Positions 25,992 through 63,151 of a stretch of DNA of 64,000 nt are shown in pieces. The notes under the pieces were generated by a model. It worked only from the letters and a program-made list of their open reading frames with translations. It was not told the origin of the DNA and did not search any database. Position 1 is the stretch's first letter. Each line of letters starts with the position of its first letter. A program made the translations under genes and the position numbers. The stretch lies in assembly GCA_965153355.1 (NCBI GenBank), contig OZ231126.1:12958001-13022000 (forward strand), in the 5' to 3' direction. This stretch comes from Flaccisagitta enflata. Taxonomy: Eukaryota.

Positions 25992-28900
25992 GAGAGAGAA
26001 GAAAGAAGAAAGAAGAAATTAGTACACCATTGCTTAATTTCGGTTTGGTATTGTCAATCCTTTTGTGATAAGGTTGAAAAGAGAATTTGATTAAAAGGCG
26101 GGATAAGGAAAACCAACTAATTGGCGCACATGAGCCCTCAATGGGGCACCATTTGCTCATATGAGTAAAACAGGGTCAAATGGGGAGGAAAGATCGCAGA
26201 TTTAAAAATCTTGGAAAATGTCTTCAATTCTTCGAAATTTTTTGTGCATTTCTCTGTTGTGGTTGGACTGCTTTTCGCGCACCATTGTGGCGTGTCATTT
26301 TCTTGCTTTTCTTGTTTCTGCATTTCTTTTTTGTGTGATTGCTTGTGTTTTTGTCAAACACCTTTAGTTTTCAAACAAAGACTATCGCTCACAATCAGGT
26401 TTCTGAGCGTCAATCTCAATCTACTGCATTGTTTGCCATATGCCCAAAGTACAGCTTATGCCACTCTAAGCGCAATTCTTGGTCCTCACAGAGAAAATGA
26501 TAGTTTTTCAAAGATGGTCGGCGTCGAACGGCTGAAGGGAAGGGAAACAAGGCCAACACCTATGAGTCGCGTGCGAGACTTACAAAATTTCTTAATTACG
26601 CAATCGTACAATTATCTATAGTTACCTATAATAGCCTAACAACAATAATTGCGATGTCATGGAAAAGTTCTCTATCAGTGGGTTAAGGCCCAAAATCATG
26701 TTTACAGATGGTCCTATAACTACCTTTTAAAGACTTAAAATGACTAGAGAGAACTTAGATTGACTAAGAATTACCTCAATTGCCTTATAATGACATAAAT
26801 GACGAAATTCATAAAAATGACAAAAATAACTTAGAATGACAGAGAATGACTTAGAATGACAAAAATGACCTAAAATGGCTTAAAAAAACAAAATTGATCG
26901 AGAAAAAAGTCGAAGTCAGTCTTTGACTTTTTGACATATTCCAGAGAAGCAGGGTTTTTATTTTCTTATGGGAAAGTTGAGCATCTCCAGCGACCAATTG
27001 GTCCCTCAAACAAAATTGATAGGGTAAGTAAAGATTTTTCACAAAAAATTCAAATTGAACTTTTTTGATTTATTATGATTTTAAGTAGGATCAATGGAAG
27101 AGTGTTTTCATGTTTAGTTAGGCATGCATGTACAAGAAAATATGTTCAAGAGCATAGCTGCTCATGTGCCAGGGTGTTTTTGAGCATCCTAGCTCATTTA
27201 GCTCAATCATTTTTTTTATTTCAAATGCAATAAATGAATAAATATTTCTATACATGTTTAAGCAAGCAGATACAAAAAAATATGTAAGGGGGCAAAGCTG
27301 CTAATCTGTGAGGGTGTTTTTAAGTATTTTAGCTCGCTTAGCTCATTTTGCTCAGTCTTCTTTTTATTTTTAAAGGGATAAATGTTTAATGTGAGCATGT
27401 AGATACAAAAAAACATGTCAGTGAGTATAGCTGGTTGTCTGGTAGAGAGATTTTAGCTCAACTTGCTCATATGGCTCAGTCCTATTTTTCTCTGATTTTC
27501 AGTGCAATCAATACATACAGCTGCTCTTGAAAATAAAAAAAATATGCAGTGACTTAAGACAAAAGCTTGGTGAAAAGTGATCAATGCTTACGACTTTTTT
27601 CCTCACGGCAACAGCCGCAATAACTGGTATAAAAGTAAAAGTGTGACCGACTGACGGACAGACCAACCGACCGAAGGAAAATGAGCGAGATACAGTGATT
27701 CCAATTTTCAAAAGCCCAACCCTGCTAAAGTGAACAAAAATGAACAATTGAAGAATGGAAAGAAAAAAGCTTCTTTCCTTAGCCCCCATGCCTTTTCTTT
27801 CATCTTCGCAAACAACAAACATACTTTGAAGATAAAGAGACATCATGAAAAATGTTCAATTTACAACCTTTGATATAAGTGAGTCGGCGAGCTTTTCTGA
27901 AATCAAGGGTATTCAGGCATTCCCAGGCATCATAACGTGTGCATTTAAAGGTGTGCTCAAAGAATCACAAAATTTTCAGCAACTTCATTGTATCTTTTTT
28001 TTTGTCAATTACGTAGAAATATTGTAAATCGCCGACAAAAATTTCCTATCAGATCTTTTTTCACTTTTGTTTAAAAAACCAAACAGACGATATCTACGAC
28101 AATAAACCAAAGTAGCAAACTAATGGAATTGATAGTAGACTGCTGTAGACGGATGTAGGGGAGCATGTATGCCACTAGCTATAGCCAATTCTGGCATTTT
28201 CTTTTATACACACTTAAGTATCACTTATCCTTTTTGTCTATTTTGGTCACTCATTCATCAAATTACTGGTGTTAACAGTTGACTCCTTTAACTCTGTGAA
28301 ATAATCAACTTGACTTTTATTTCAACGTTGAAAGCACAAAAAAAAAACAACAAAAAAAACAAGGAAAACACACACAAAAAAAAAAAAAAAAAAAAGAGAA
28401 AAGAGAAAAGAAAAAGAGAAAAAAACCATAGAAAAACGGGAATAGTCTATTGGGTACTTTGATGAAAGCGTTATGCACACAAAAGTCCCCCCAAAAAATG
28501 ACTTTATGATAAATGAAAGAAAAGAGTGATAATTGTGTGTTTTAGAGAGTGAAAGGGACTTAAACAGCCAAAATGTCGTAAACGTCTGAGGCTTGTTACT
28601 TCATTTGTCTTTCCAACGCCGGCTTTTGTTTCCAACCAAATTTCCATTTCACTTTTTACTCGTTTATGTCAAAATTACGATTTACGACAAAAATGACGAC
28701 AAAGATGACATAGGAGAGAAAAAAATGTTTTTTTTTTCTTTTTTCCTTCTTTCTTTAAAGTCACACTGGTTTAAAGTTTCCCCCGTGATACTTTTTTTCC
28801 TTGGTCCTGCATTTGAGCCAACGCACATCTTCCCTAGGTCTGTCAGTCCTTCATTTTACGTATCGATGCATCAGCCTTCATCCACATTTTAAACATCATG

Positions 28901-29459
28901 ACAGTTAAGCATGTGGGATTGATTTTATGACAGTCTGCCCACGAACCCAACATTTAGGGTATCAAAATGGGTAAAGATAGAAAACATACATGAGTGAAAA
29001 TAAAAAAACAAGTGAATAAAAGTGATTGAAATAAGACATGCATGATATTTGAAAGCAAAATTTGCATCCTTTTAGCAAGAGACTCAGATTCAGCTTATAT
29101 TACTGAAGAAGATTCACTGAAAATTTCTACAAATTTCCTTTTTGTCACTGACAAGGGGTTGGTCGAAATTGTAAGTTTGCATAGAAAATGAAAAAACAAA
29201 CATAGTTTTCTTCCCAAATCGTTTTTAGAGAGAACTATGTCTTTGAAAATGCAAAATTTTTCTGGGTGTGGCTTTCTTATAATTTCGACCTCAGAAAAAA
29301 GAAAAAAATGTCAACAAGATTTCACTAAAAATCTTCATTTTCTTGCCATTTTCCGTGAGAATTGCTTATCAAAAGGCGACTTAAAGTGTAAAATATGAAA
29401 CAGACATACATATCAAGTGCCTCAACTTGAGCAATGAAAACATTTTTGGATGGACAATA

Positions 29460-30693
29460 CAGTCTATGGACAAAACAAGGAGAGTAGATTTTGCTGATCA
29501 CCGTTATGATGTTTAGGCGTAGTTGATTCTAAAATGTAGGTTTGTAATTACCTCATAGAAATTTACTAAAGATTCTACAGGGTCATCAATCTCAACTGAA
29601 AAAAAGTATTAAGCTATTGTGCTTCAATGCTTTCTTTTCATGATCTGAAATTGATTTTCCCTTAAAGTACAATGTTTGACGTTTTTTGTGTCCAAATTTC
29701 ATTGGTCTAGGTTAAATAGTTTGTCTACAACCTCAATTTGAAGTAATTTTGGTATTTACAGCCGAGGCGAAATTGATACATTGCTTACAATAGTGTCTTT
29801 CTTTAAATTGCTCTCATTTCTAAACCGTTTGAGCTACCAACGCCAGATTGGTCTCAAATGAAAGATAATTTGATGTAGTTTTTCATAATTCCTTTTGTTG
29901 ATAAATGAATTGGCATAAAGAGTAAGTATCATGTCCTTGAAATCGATTTTTTTGTCTAAATTCCTTTGACTTGTGGATTTTTCAATTAGAAGTACAACTA
30001 ATAGGTACAAGACGGTTTTTCTCTTTTTGATAGCTAAAACTGCATTGAATTATCTTTCATTTGAGACCAATCTGGCATCTGTAGCTCAAACCGTTTAGAA
30101 ATGAGACCAATTTATAAAGGAACTGCCTTGTCAAACAATAATTTTCCTCTATTTTACTCCTGAAACTGTTCATATTTCAAATTGTCATAAAATGAAAACT
30201 ATGTGACCCAAGTTGATAAAATTTTGATACAAAAAACGTCAAACAATGTTCTTTAAAGAAAAATTGATTTTAATTCACTCAGTTGACGCATCTAAGAGAA
30301 AAAGCTTAAAAGAATTTTTCAAACGAGATTGATGGCTGTGTAGGAAAGAAGAATTAAAGGAAAGAAGAATTAAAGGAAAGAAGAATTAAAGGAAAGAAGA
30401 ATTAAAGGAAGAATGATTACTACCTGTAGTAATCGTTCAAAATATAGGTTTGTAATTACCTAGAAAAAAATTACTTAGGACTGAAAGAAACTAACGGAAG
30501 AACAATTACTACCTGTAGTAGTCGTTCTTGCAATAGTTTCTTTCAGTCCTCAGTCATTTTCTATGAGGTAATTACGAGCCTACATTTTGAAAAATTACTA
30601 CAGGTAGTAATTGTTCTTCCATTAATTCTTTCAGTCCTTAGCATCATACTGGTGATCAGCAAAATCTACTCTCCTTGTTTTGTCCATAGACTG
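29460..30693. mobile_element. Tc1/mariner-type MITE
   Basis: 43-bp perfect TIR CAGTCTATGGACAAAACAAGGAGAGTAGATTTTGCTGATCACC; TA on the left only; internal inverted segment 29812-29870 vs 30049-30106. Confidence 0.85.
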
Positions 30694-31004
30694 AATAAGT
30701 TCATTATTGATGCAAAAGTGGGGTGAAGCACTACATTTTTCCCTGGCAAATTTGACGTCCTATGGACACTTAGCACTCACTGTAATCTCTTTGCGGCTCA
30801 AATACTTAATAAATCCGCGGTCTGTTGGTTGATCTGTTGGTCTTTCTGTATACTAGTTTGAAGGTTGGTTTGCTATTTTGGCGTTCAAGGGCGATTTTTG
30901 CCTATTCCATCACTGCCCCTCCCCTTTCCTTGTTCCTTCATTCATTCATTCCCTCATTCATTCATTCATTCATTCATTAAACAGATTAATCATACTAAAA
31001 TAAG

Positions 31005-31255
31005 TACTGGTAAAACTGAAGTGGAAGCGGAAGCGGAAGTGGAAGCGGAAGCGGAAGTGGAAGCGGAAGCGCTTGATTGTATCATTTTGCTTCCGCTTTT
31101 GCTTTCATTAGGCATCAAAGGACTTGTTCGCTTCCGCTTCTGCTTCGACTTGATATTAAAATTGCGCTTCTGTTTCCGCTTCCACTTCCATGCCTAAACT
31201 GCTGCTTCCACCCGCTTCCGCTCCCGCTCCCGCTTCCGCTTCTGCATCTCTAGTA
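31005..31255. repeat. Small foldback/MITE with (GCGGAA/GTGGAA)n and inverted (TTCCGC)n arrays
   Basis: Hexamer arrays face each other; right terminus CATCTCTA is hAT-like. Confidence 0.6.
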
Positions 31256-31291
31256 TCTATTGAATCGCGAAGTAGACGCTCCATGGGGCGG

Positions 31292-31364
<73 letters not shown>

Positions 31365-31536
31365 AGAGAGAGTATTCGAGAAGAAATCAAGAGGATCGCG
31401 TAGGAGTCATCAGACATCATTTACAGATAGGTATCAATATAATAAGCCTAAAGATCGTCTCAGGATAAAACCTTTTTCGACACGGAATTAACCGGCACCA
31501 ATCTGTCTTTGGAGTAAAGAGAGAAAACAAAAGAAA

Positions 31537-31730
31537 AACAAGGCCGGATACACGGCTACCGAAGTCGCGTGCGGGTGGGCAGGGGCCATATTTGAGGTCA
31601 CCAGACAACTTGGGCAGGAGCAGTGAGGTCAAAGAAATAAAATCATAAAAAAAGTAAAGTGTGACGGACCAACCAACCAACCGACCGACGGACAAAGCGG
31701 GTTGTAGAGTCGCGTGCACGCGACTAAAAA
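31537..31730 (-). mobile_element. Helentron-associated (DINE/HINE-like) short element, full-length reference copy
   Basis: Terminal palindrome AGTCGCGTGCACGCGACT, GTCG/GTTG microsatellite, second sub-TIR GCACGCGACT, 3' stem-loop GCCGTGTATCCGGC, T-rich flanks, no TSD. Confidence 0.78.
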
Positions 31731-32350
31731 TACATCGTCGATCCGACCACAATATTGCAAGTCGTTCTTTTGACGAATTGGAAGGTGAGTAAAACTAAGA
31801 GTCTAAGTATTCGCTGATGCAGTCATATCAGATTGTGACGATAAACTTGGGAAGCAGTTTTTCGCAAAAAAACGAGAAAAAAAACGAGAAAAAACGTTGT
31901 AAAAAAGTCTCTATCAAGTGACATTTTACATCACTGCTCAAAATACAAGGCCGGATACGCGGCAATCCAGTCGCGGACGGTTGGGCAGGAGCGGTGATGC
32001 GAATACCGCTTGACCGACACGTGACTCATAACCGAATAGATTTTTTCAATTAGCCCGTATGTCTGTTGAGAATATGACTGTATCTGTCGATGTTTCGGCT
32101 TGTCCACCGTTCTGTTGGTGAACATTCTGTTCCGTTTCAAAAGATTCTTGTATCATTCCCTTTGCCCAACAGTAGGAGACTGATAGGGTTTTCCTTTTTT
32201 TACCAAGAGAAAACCACTCATACCTTGGATGTGATAGTTTGATACATGATCCTGTGAAATTTTCTATTGTTTTATTTTAAACATTTTATGGTTTATTTTA
32301 TGTTCTTTTTTTTAAATTCGTACAGATTCAAGAGTCATTTATCCTTAAAG

Positions 32351-34680
32351 ATGCCGAGCGTTTATCTTCATTCTGTCGCGGTCAAGAGTGAATTCATACC
32401 TCCCAAGATGCCTGAAGAAGATGAAATAGATCATGGAAGCATCTTCTCTAATCTTTTCTCAGTGCAAGCGTGGCCTTCACTGACGCAGCCAAAGGTGAAC
32501 TGCAGTGGTGTCAAGACACAAGCCTGAATACACGGCTACCCAAGTCGCGTGCAGTGGGCGGGGGCCATATTTGAGGTCACTAGACCATTTGGGCAAGAGC
32601 AGTGAGGTCAAAAAATGAAATCCTGAAAAATGCAGAATGTGACTGACCGATCGACCGACCGACCGACGGACAGACGGACAAAGCGGGGCGTGAGTTGCGT
32701 AGCACGCGACTAAAAACAAAACCAAATGAGAAATTTGGGCATAACAAGTTTATGAAGGGTTGTTAATGCTCGTGGCGAGATTTATTTATGTTTGTTTTAT
32801 AAAAGAGCAAAATCTTTCATTTAGAATAAGAAATAGTTAGTTTATGAGTGAATTTCCATCTAGTCGAAGATATTTCTTAAGATTTTACCGCCAACATTTT
32901 CAAACAGATGAAAGAAGAACCTCCAAAGCGTGTTCATCATGTGAGCTATAAAACAGTTTTATGGTTCATCTTTATTACTACGACTCTTCTATGCATCATC
33001 AACGGTTTCGTCAACTCCGGAGATTCAGTTTGCGGCAGAGCCTCCAAGAACCCGGCAAAACTCTGGTCCAGCCGCAAAAACGTAGGCGAAATCTTCGCCA
33101 ATTTGGTTTGGCGAATTACGGCGAGGATGATCATTCCGGCGCAGAATGCTATGTTCTACACGAGTCTGTGGTGCATCCCCAACGCCATCTGCGAGTGGTT
33201 TCCCGCTTGGGTCTCCATCGAAGGCGTGCATCAAATCTACATGCAGATGCATTGTTTTGTCGGCATCTGGCTCATCGCGGTTCTGTCTTTGGCTCACGTG
33301 TTAGTCGTCTTTGTACCGCCTTTGGTAGATGGTACGGAATTGACTTACCATCCTCCAAGTGAGTTCAATTACTCGTCCCAATTGTGGAACATGAATTGGA
33401 CCCAATTTTACGACCCCGCTGCTGTAACAGGGTTCACATTCAGCGACCAAAACAGAGTCCATTTGACTTCCGATGAAATTTATCGTCTCGTTTTAATGAT
33501 TGTCATTTTTTGCGGTTTGTTTCCTCTGAGTAGATCTCATTTTATAAACAAACAAAGTTACTCTCTCGCGATGATCATACGTTTTTGCTGGGATTTGGTA
33601 CAGTATTGATAAAATCAGAAAAATTACTCACAGATTAGCGCATTTATTGAATCTGCCTATGTTAATTCTGTAGTGTTTTGACCGGCTTTTCTCCATTTAT
33701 TGTTACCGTAAACTCAATGGAAAAGTGGTTCTCAAAATGGCCAATGACAGCTATGTGATCATGTTGTTGAAATTGAACCGCAGAGTGAATCCTGGTGTCG
33801 GGGATACTTACTATCTTTTGAATGAAGGAGATAAGTAAAGACGTCATCCATTTACCACATTTTCAAATCATTATGACGAGACTCGAGAACAGAGGCTATG
33901 GGATATTGGCTTTATCATAACCACAATGAAAGAGAAAGGCGGTTTTTGGTGCAATCCATGGACTCGATGGTTGCAGAGGGAAGATCCAGAAGCTCTTCAG
34001 TCTCAGCTTTTGAATGTTTGGGGACCCTATCGTTCATCTGCCTATAAGTTTTCCCACGATGCCATTTCCAAGTCTATGAGCGATGAATATGTCCTTATCG
34101 CCTCTGGATCGGATTTTGGGTATCTGTTAGATGCTTGTTCTTTTTTTTTTTTTTTTGAATCAAAATACACTATTGCATCTAAAAGTCCCCTGGAAATCAC
34201 CATCATGAGAAATGAGGACGTGATGGAGTTTTTCAGCAATCAAATATCATTGTTGATTGAGGATTTAAAAATCACGGAAAAAACGTTTTTGAAATTCACG
34301 CGACTGTCTATTTGACCGGGTGTCCGAATGTCTCAAACTCCGCCGAACATCCATTTGTTTCTCAAGTTCATAAACGGCCTGATTTCCATAAGTTGTTGTT
34401 TGCTGTCAGTTCGCAATCTCGCGCGATATTTATCGGGAATCCCAAAATTGCCGCCAATATTCAAAATATTTGCGCCAAATTTGGATTGAGTTTTTGCAAA
34501 GATTTTACGGGCGCTGACGAGAATCAAGGAGATGGGAAGACAATGAGGGGATACTTGAAAATGGGAGTATGGGTGATCTTAGGGACGATCTTTGCTTGCA
34601 CTCTTCTTCATTTGTTTTTATTCATGAGAAAATTTGAACAATTTCTGGGTCGAAATACTACGACAATTATTAGGTACTGA
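32351..34680 (+). pseudogene. Ferric reductase/NADPH oxidase-like (NOX/FRE superfamily) pseudogene; exons 32351-32494 and 32908-34680
   Basis: TM helices with paired His (MHCFVGIWLIAVLSLAH), DRL, FAD motif HPFT, WT, WGPY, VLIASGS, YLTG, RPDF, FIGNP. Disrupted by a frameshift near 33580, in-frame TAG 33671-33673 and TAA 33836-33838, and a second frameshift near 34300. GT-AG phase-0 intron 32495-32907. Confidence 0.78.
32518..32716 (-). mobile_element. HINE-like copy in the intron of the NOX-like pseudogene
   Basis: Colinear with and highly similar to 31537-31730. Confidence 0.75.
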
Positions 34681-35120
34681 TACGCTGTTTATTTCTTATC
34701 CATTCTTTTTTTTCAATATCTCAACAACCTGACCAGGTTTGTCAATTTCGGATTATCTCTGAACTAATGCTCACTTTATGAATATTTGAATGTTTAGGAG
34801 TGGGCGAATGTGGAACTATCTAATACCTCAGGACTTTCTGTTGGGGCTTACTTTAAGGTTGAATGAGAGATTTGACCTATGGCACCGGTTTGTATCCATA
34901 AAAATGTACAGTGCATTCTAAGCAAAATCTAACAAAATGTAAGTGTAATACAACATTTCTTTGCTTCTCTGTTATCTGTAACAGCGGTTATCTTATTCAA
35001 TGTATTGAAGTTTTGTCTTATTTTGTTTTGTCTTTTGTTGCTATTGATTCTATGTACAGCGATTATTTTAAATTGACTGTTACTGCACTGATATGACCAT
35101 ATTCTAAATAGACTGTGTCT

Positions 35121-35126
35121 TTTATT
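35121..35126 (-). promoter_or_regulatory. Candidate polyadenylation signal (AATAAA) of the otopetrin gene
   Basis: AATAAA on the minus strand ~140 nt downstream of the stop codon. Confidence 0.45.
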
Positions 35127-35265
35127 GTGACATTCAAAAGAATCGAAATTCAGATTACATTGCAAGTTGCTGTGTACATGTCTGACATTTCGCCCAGTGG
35201 AAATTTGTCATTTCGTACATCTTTCATTTGATAGCAATATGCCCCTGATTCCTGTTATATAGCTA

Positions 35266-58628
<23,363 letters not shown>

Positions 58629-60243
58629 ATTGCTTCTATGTTGTTTTAGTTTTTTGTTTCTTGGTTTTTTTGTTTTTTTTTTTTTTTTGTTTTTTTTTTG
58701 TTTTTTTCGTAGTTTCTTTTTTTTTTTTTTTTTTTTTGTTTTTAGGCCTACAGAATTTGGGTTTATAGATTTGTAGGTTTTTCGGTTATGGTTCTTGGTT
58801 CTTGGTGTTTGGTATTAAGTGTTTGGTCTTTTTAATCTCTAATTTCTAATTTCTAATTTCTAATTTCTAATTTCTAATTTCTAATTTCTAATTTCTAATT
58901 TCTAATTTCTAATTTCTAATTTCTAATTTCTGATTTCTAATTTCTGATGTCGCTTATACGTTTTGCATTTATAGGTTTTTAAGTTTTGGTTTCATAGGTT
59001 TTGTTTTTTTGGTTCTTGGGTTTGGTGTTTGGTGTTTGGTGTATTGTGTTTCTAATTTCTAGTTTCTAATCACTAGTTTCTAATTTCCAATTTTCTAACC
59101 TTTTTTTTCTTTTATTGCTAGTTGCTCTTGTTTCTGTTGTTGTATTATTTTGATTGTTTTTTTTTCTCTTTCTTTTCTTTTTTTATTGTTCTTTAACTAA
59201 TTCGTTTAAGCTTGATTTCATCACTTCCGTTTCTTGATTCTTTCTTTTAAAAGAGCGTCGTTGTGGTTGTTTTTCACGTTTGTTTTTTTCTCTCCCTTCT
59301 TTGTAACTTCTTCGTTCTTTCACTTTTTTTTCTTTTGCAATATTGTGCTTCTATACCACAGGTTCTTACAGAATGATTCTCCTTTCTTGACTGGATCTCG
59401 CTTCCGACTCTATTTACTAAGAGAATTCACAACTTTTTCTTGCATGCTTTTGATATCTTACGCGGGACTTTTTTTCTGGCAGTCGTTCCGTGATTTGTTC
59501 AGATCTTTTAGTTATTCCTCAAATTGCGTTGCTCATGCTCAACTTGTGTTTAACACATTGCAATGTGTCTATGCCCTATTTTCGCTGTTTCAACGTAGAT
59601 GATATTTTTCCCTTTCTTTACTTTTTTTTCTCGCAACTCCTTTTCCGCTTTCCTCCTCTAAGAAAATTTTTGGTGAACTAATTTTTTCCTCTCTTTTTCT
59701 TGAGGCGTGTTTCTAGTGAAGATGAAAAAGGCGTTTCTTCTTGTGAAACGCGTTTACAGCGTGAACATGTATTCAAGAATTTCAATTGTCCCACAAGTAA
59801 GTGAGCGAGCCCATGACTGGAGTGAGCGAGCAAAGTGAGTGTTGCAAAGCGAAGGACTGCGGAGTGAGTGAGCAGGGTGAGCAGAGCGAGCGAACAAACA
59901 TAGCGAGCGACTGAGTGGCCCGTTCAAAACGCGATTGTCTCAGACTAGAAACGGCCTCTCATTCTCATTTTCTCAAGGCCTTCTGTTGTTCTGATTTGAT
60001 TTAAAGCTCACGCGAAAAGAATTGATAGCTAGTTTAGAACCATGGCTTACTTCTTTCAGGTGTCGGTTTATATCAGTATTTGAATTTCATAGTTTTAGAA
60101 AAGTATGTCAGTGGTATTTTTATCGAGGAAGTAAACCTCGCCCCTCCTTTGAATTTGGCTGCTTAAGAACCTCAGAGTACAGATTTCTAAAAAAGACTGG
60201 ATACACGACCAATGAGTAGCTGATGGCGGTTGGGCAAGGACAC

Positions 60244-61002
60244 ACAGTCCATCAAATCCCACCCTGATGGGAAAAAAACACCTAACGCCACTTTATCCCA
60301 CTCCACCCACCTACACAGTCCATCAAATCCCACCCTGGTGGGAAAAAAACATCTAACGCCACTTTATCGCACTCCACCCACCTACACAGTCCATCAAATC
60401 CCACCCTGATGGGAAAAAAACACCTAACGCCACTTTATCCCACTCCACCCACCTACACAGTCCATCAAATCCCACCCTGATGGGAAAAAAACACCTAACG
60501 CCACTATCCCTCACCCACCTACACAGTCCATCAAATCCCACCCTGGTGGGAAAAAACACTTAACGCCACTTTGTCCCACTCACCCACCTACACAGTCCAT
60601 CATCCCACCTGATGGAAAAAAACACCTAACGCCACTTTATCCCTCACCACCTCACAGTCCATCAAATCCCACCCTGGTGGGAAAAAAACACCTAACGCCA
60701 CTTTATCCCACTCCACCCACCTACACAGTCCATCAAATCCCACCCTGGTGGGAAAAAAACACCTAACGCCACTTTATCCCACTCCACCCACCTACACAGT
60801 CCATCAAATCCCACCCTGGTGGGAAAAAAACACCTAACGCCACTTTATCCCACTCCACCCACCTACACAGTCCATCAAATCCCACCCTGGTGGAAAAAAA
60901 CACCTAACGCCACTTTATCCCACTCTACCCACCTACACAGTCCATCAAATCCCACCCTGATGGGAAAAAAACACCTAACGCCACTTTATCCCACTCCACC
61001 CA
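60244..61002. repeat. 71-bp minisatellite, ~11 copies
   Basis: Unit ACAGTCCATCAAATCCCACCCTGRTGGGAAAAAAACACCTAACGCCACTTTATCCCACTCCACCCACCTAC; starts at 60244, 60315, 60386... Confidence 0.95.
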
Positions 61003-61381
61003 CCGGGCAGTTACAACCATCACTCACTCATTAGACTTAAATTACTGTAGGGATACGAAAATAGGTAAATCTATTATTATAGATAACAAAGCCTAACGAG
61101 CTTTGGCAAGCTGAAACACAATCTGGATTCTCTGAACACCCAAAGAGGTCTCAACCTCTGAGCACACAAAACATTGTCTTAAAATACACACCTGTTGCAT
61201 TAATGAATATCCTTCAATATTCACAATTTGAATAAGCAGAACGATGTTGTTCATTTTTTTCGTTTGTTTTATAGAAGCAATATGTTTATGATTTTCATAA
61301 AATGCATTCTGTTTGTCTTTCTGTCTGTCTGTCTGTCTGTCTGTCTTGTCTGTCTGTCTGTCTGTCTCTTTTGCTCTGTCG

Positions 61382-61484
<103 letters not shown>

Positions 61485-62295
61485 ATATTCCAAGTGAATG
61501 TAACAGATAAACATAAAGTTTTGCAGCCAAATTGCAGTAAAACTATGTCAGGACTTCTGACTCAGCGGGCAGTTCCACATTGCATTACCCACTTTCGCTA
61601 ACTACCTTACTTCAGGATTTTCTGTTTATAAGGCGGCATTCGTCGTTTTAGTAGCTTGCACACAGCAATGCACTTTGGAGATTAGGTTAACAGTCAGTCA
61701 GTCAGTCAGTCAGTCAGTCAGTCAGTCAGTCAGTCAGTCAAGTCAAGTCAAGTCAAGTCAAGTCAAGTCAAGTCAAGTTGAGTCAGTCAGTCAGTCAGTC
61801 AGTCAGTCAGTCAGTCAGCCAGTCAGTCAGTCAGGTAGAGACTCACTCACGATCTGCTAACTGGTAAGGTTTTCATCAGGATGTATTACTGTAAAAAAGT
61901 GGATATTTCATTTTGATCGCTTCACAGCATTTCATCAACAAAAACATGGGCAAGTACTAGAAAGAAAACAACATCATAAAACGCTGGCGAAAAAAAAAGA
62001 CAGCGTTAACAAAGGGTCGAAAGTTGGGTAATATACATCAATACAGTTATGCTTAGATATATTGCAACGATGCCCTTAGGGTTGTTCTCTGAACTAAGAC
62101 ACCACATTTAAACTACTGAATGATCTTTTCAGATTTTGTTTTCATTTTGTTCATTTAAAAAAAAAGTTTGATATGCTCAAACTGTTTAACAGGTTTGGCT
62201 TTAGTTTCGAATGCCATAAGCAATATATCCAAGCATGACTGCAACATAGAGATTCTGTTCAAAGGGAAGACCAAGTTTGTGCGTGAGAGTCAGTC

Positions 62296-63151
<856 letters not shown>

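Noticed and set aside
33671..33838. Stop-codon reassignment or readthrough in the NOX-like gene
   Set aside because: Frameshifts co-occur, and TAA terminates other genes here (zinc finger, LINE ORFs); pseudogenisation is simpler
58838..58945. (TTTCTAA)n heptamer array as an interstitial telomere
   Set aside because: Lacks the G-run of telomeric repeats; ordinary microsatellite
59200..59790. Purine-rich minus-strand stretch upstream of the otopetrin ATG
   Set aside because: No long minus-strand ORF; may be 5' UTR but cannot be supported from sequence alone
60244..61002. CRISPR-like appearance of regular repeats (also 19304-19710)
   Set aside because: No unique spacers, no cas genes, eukaryotic context; these are tandem repeats
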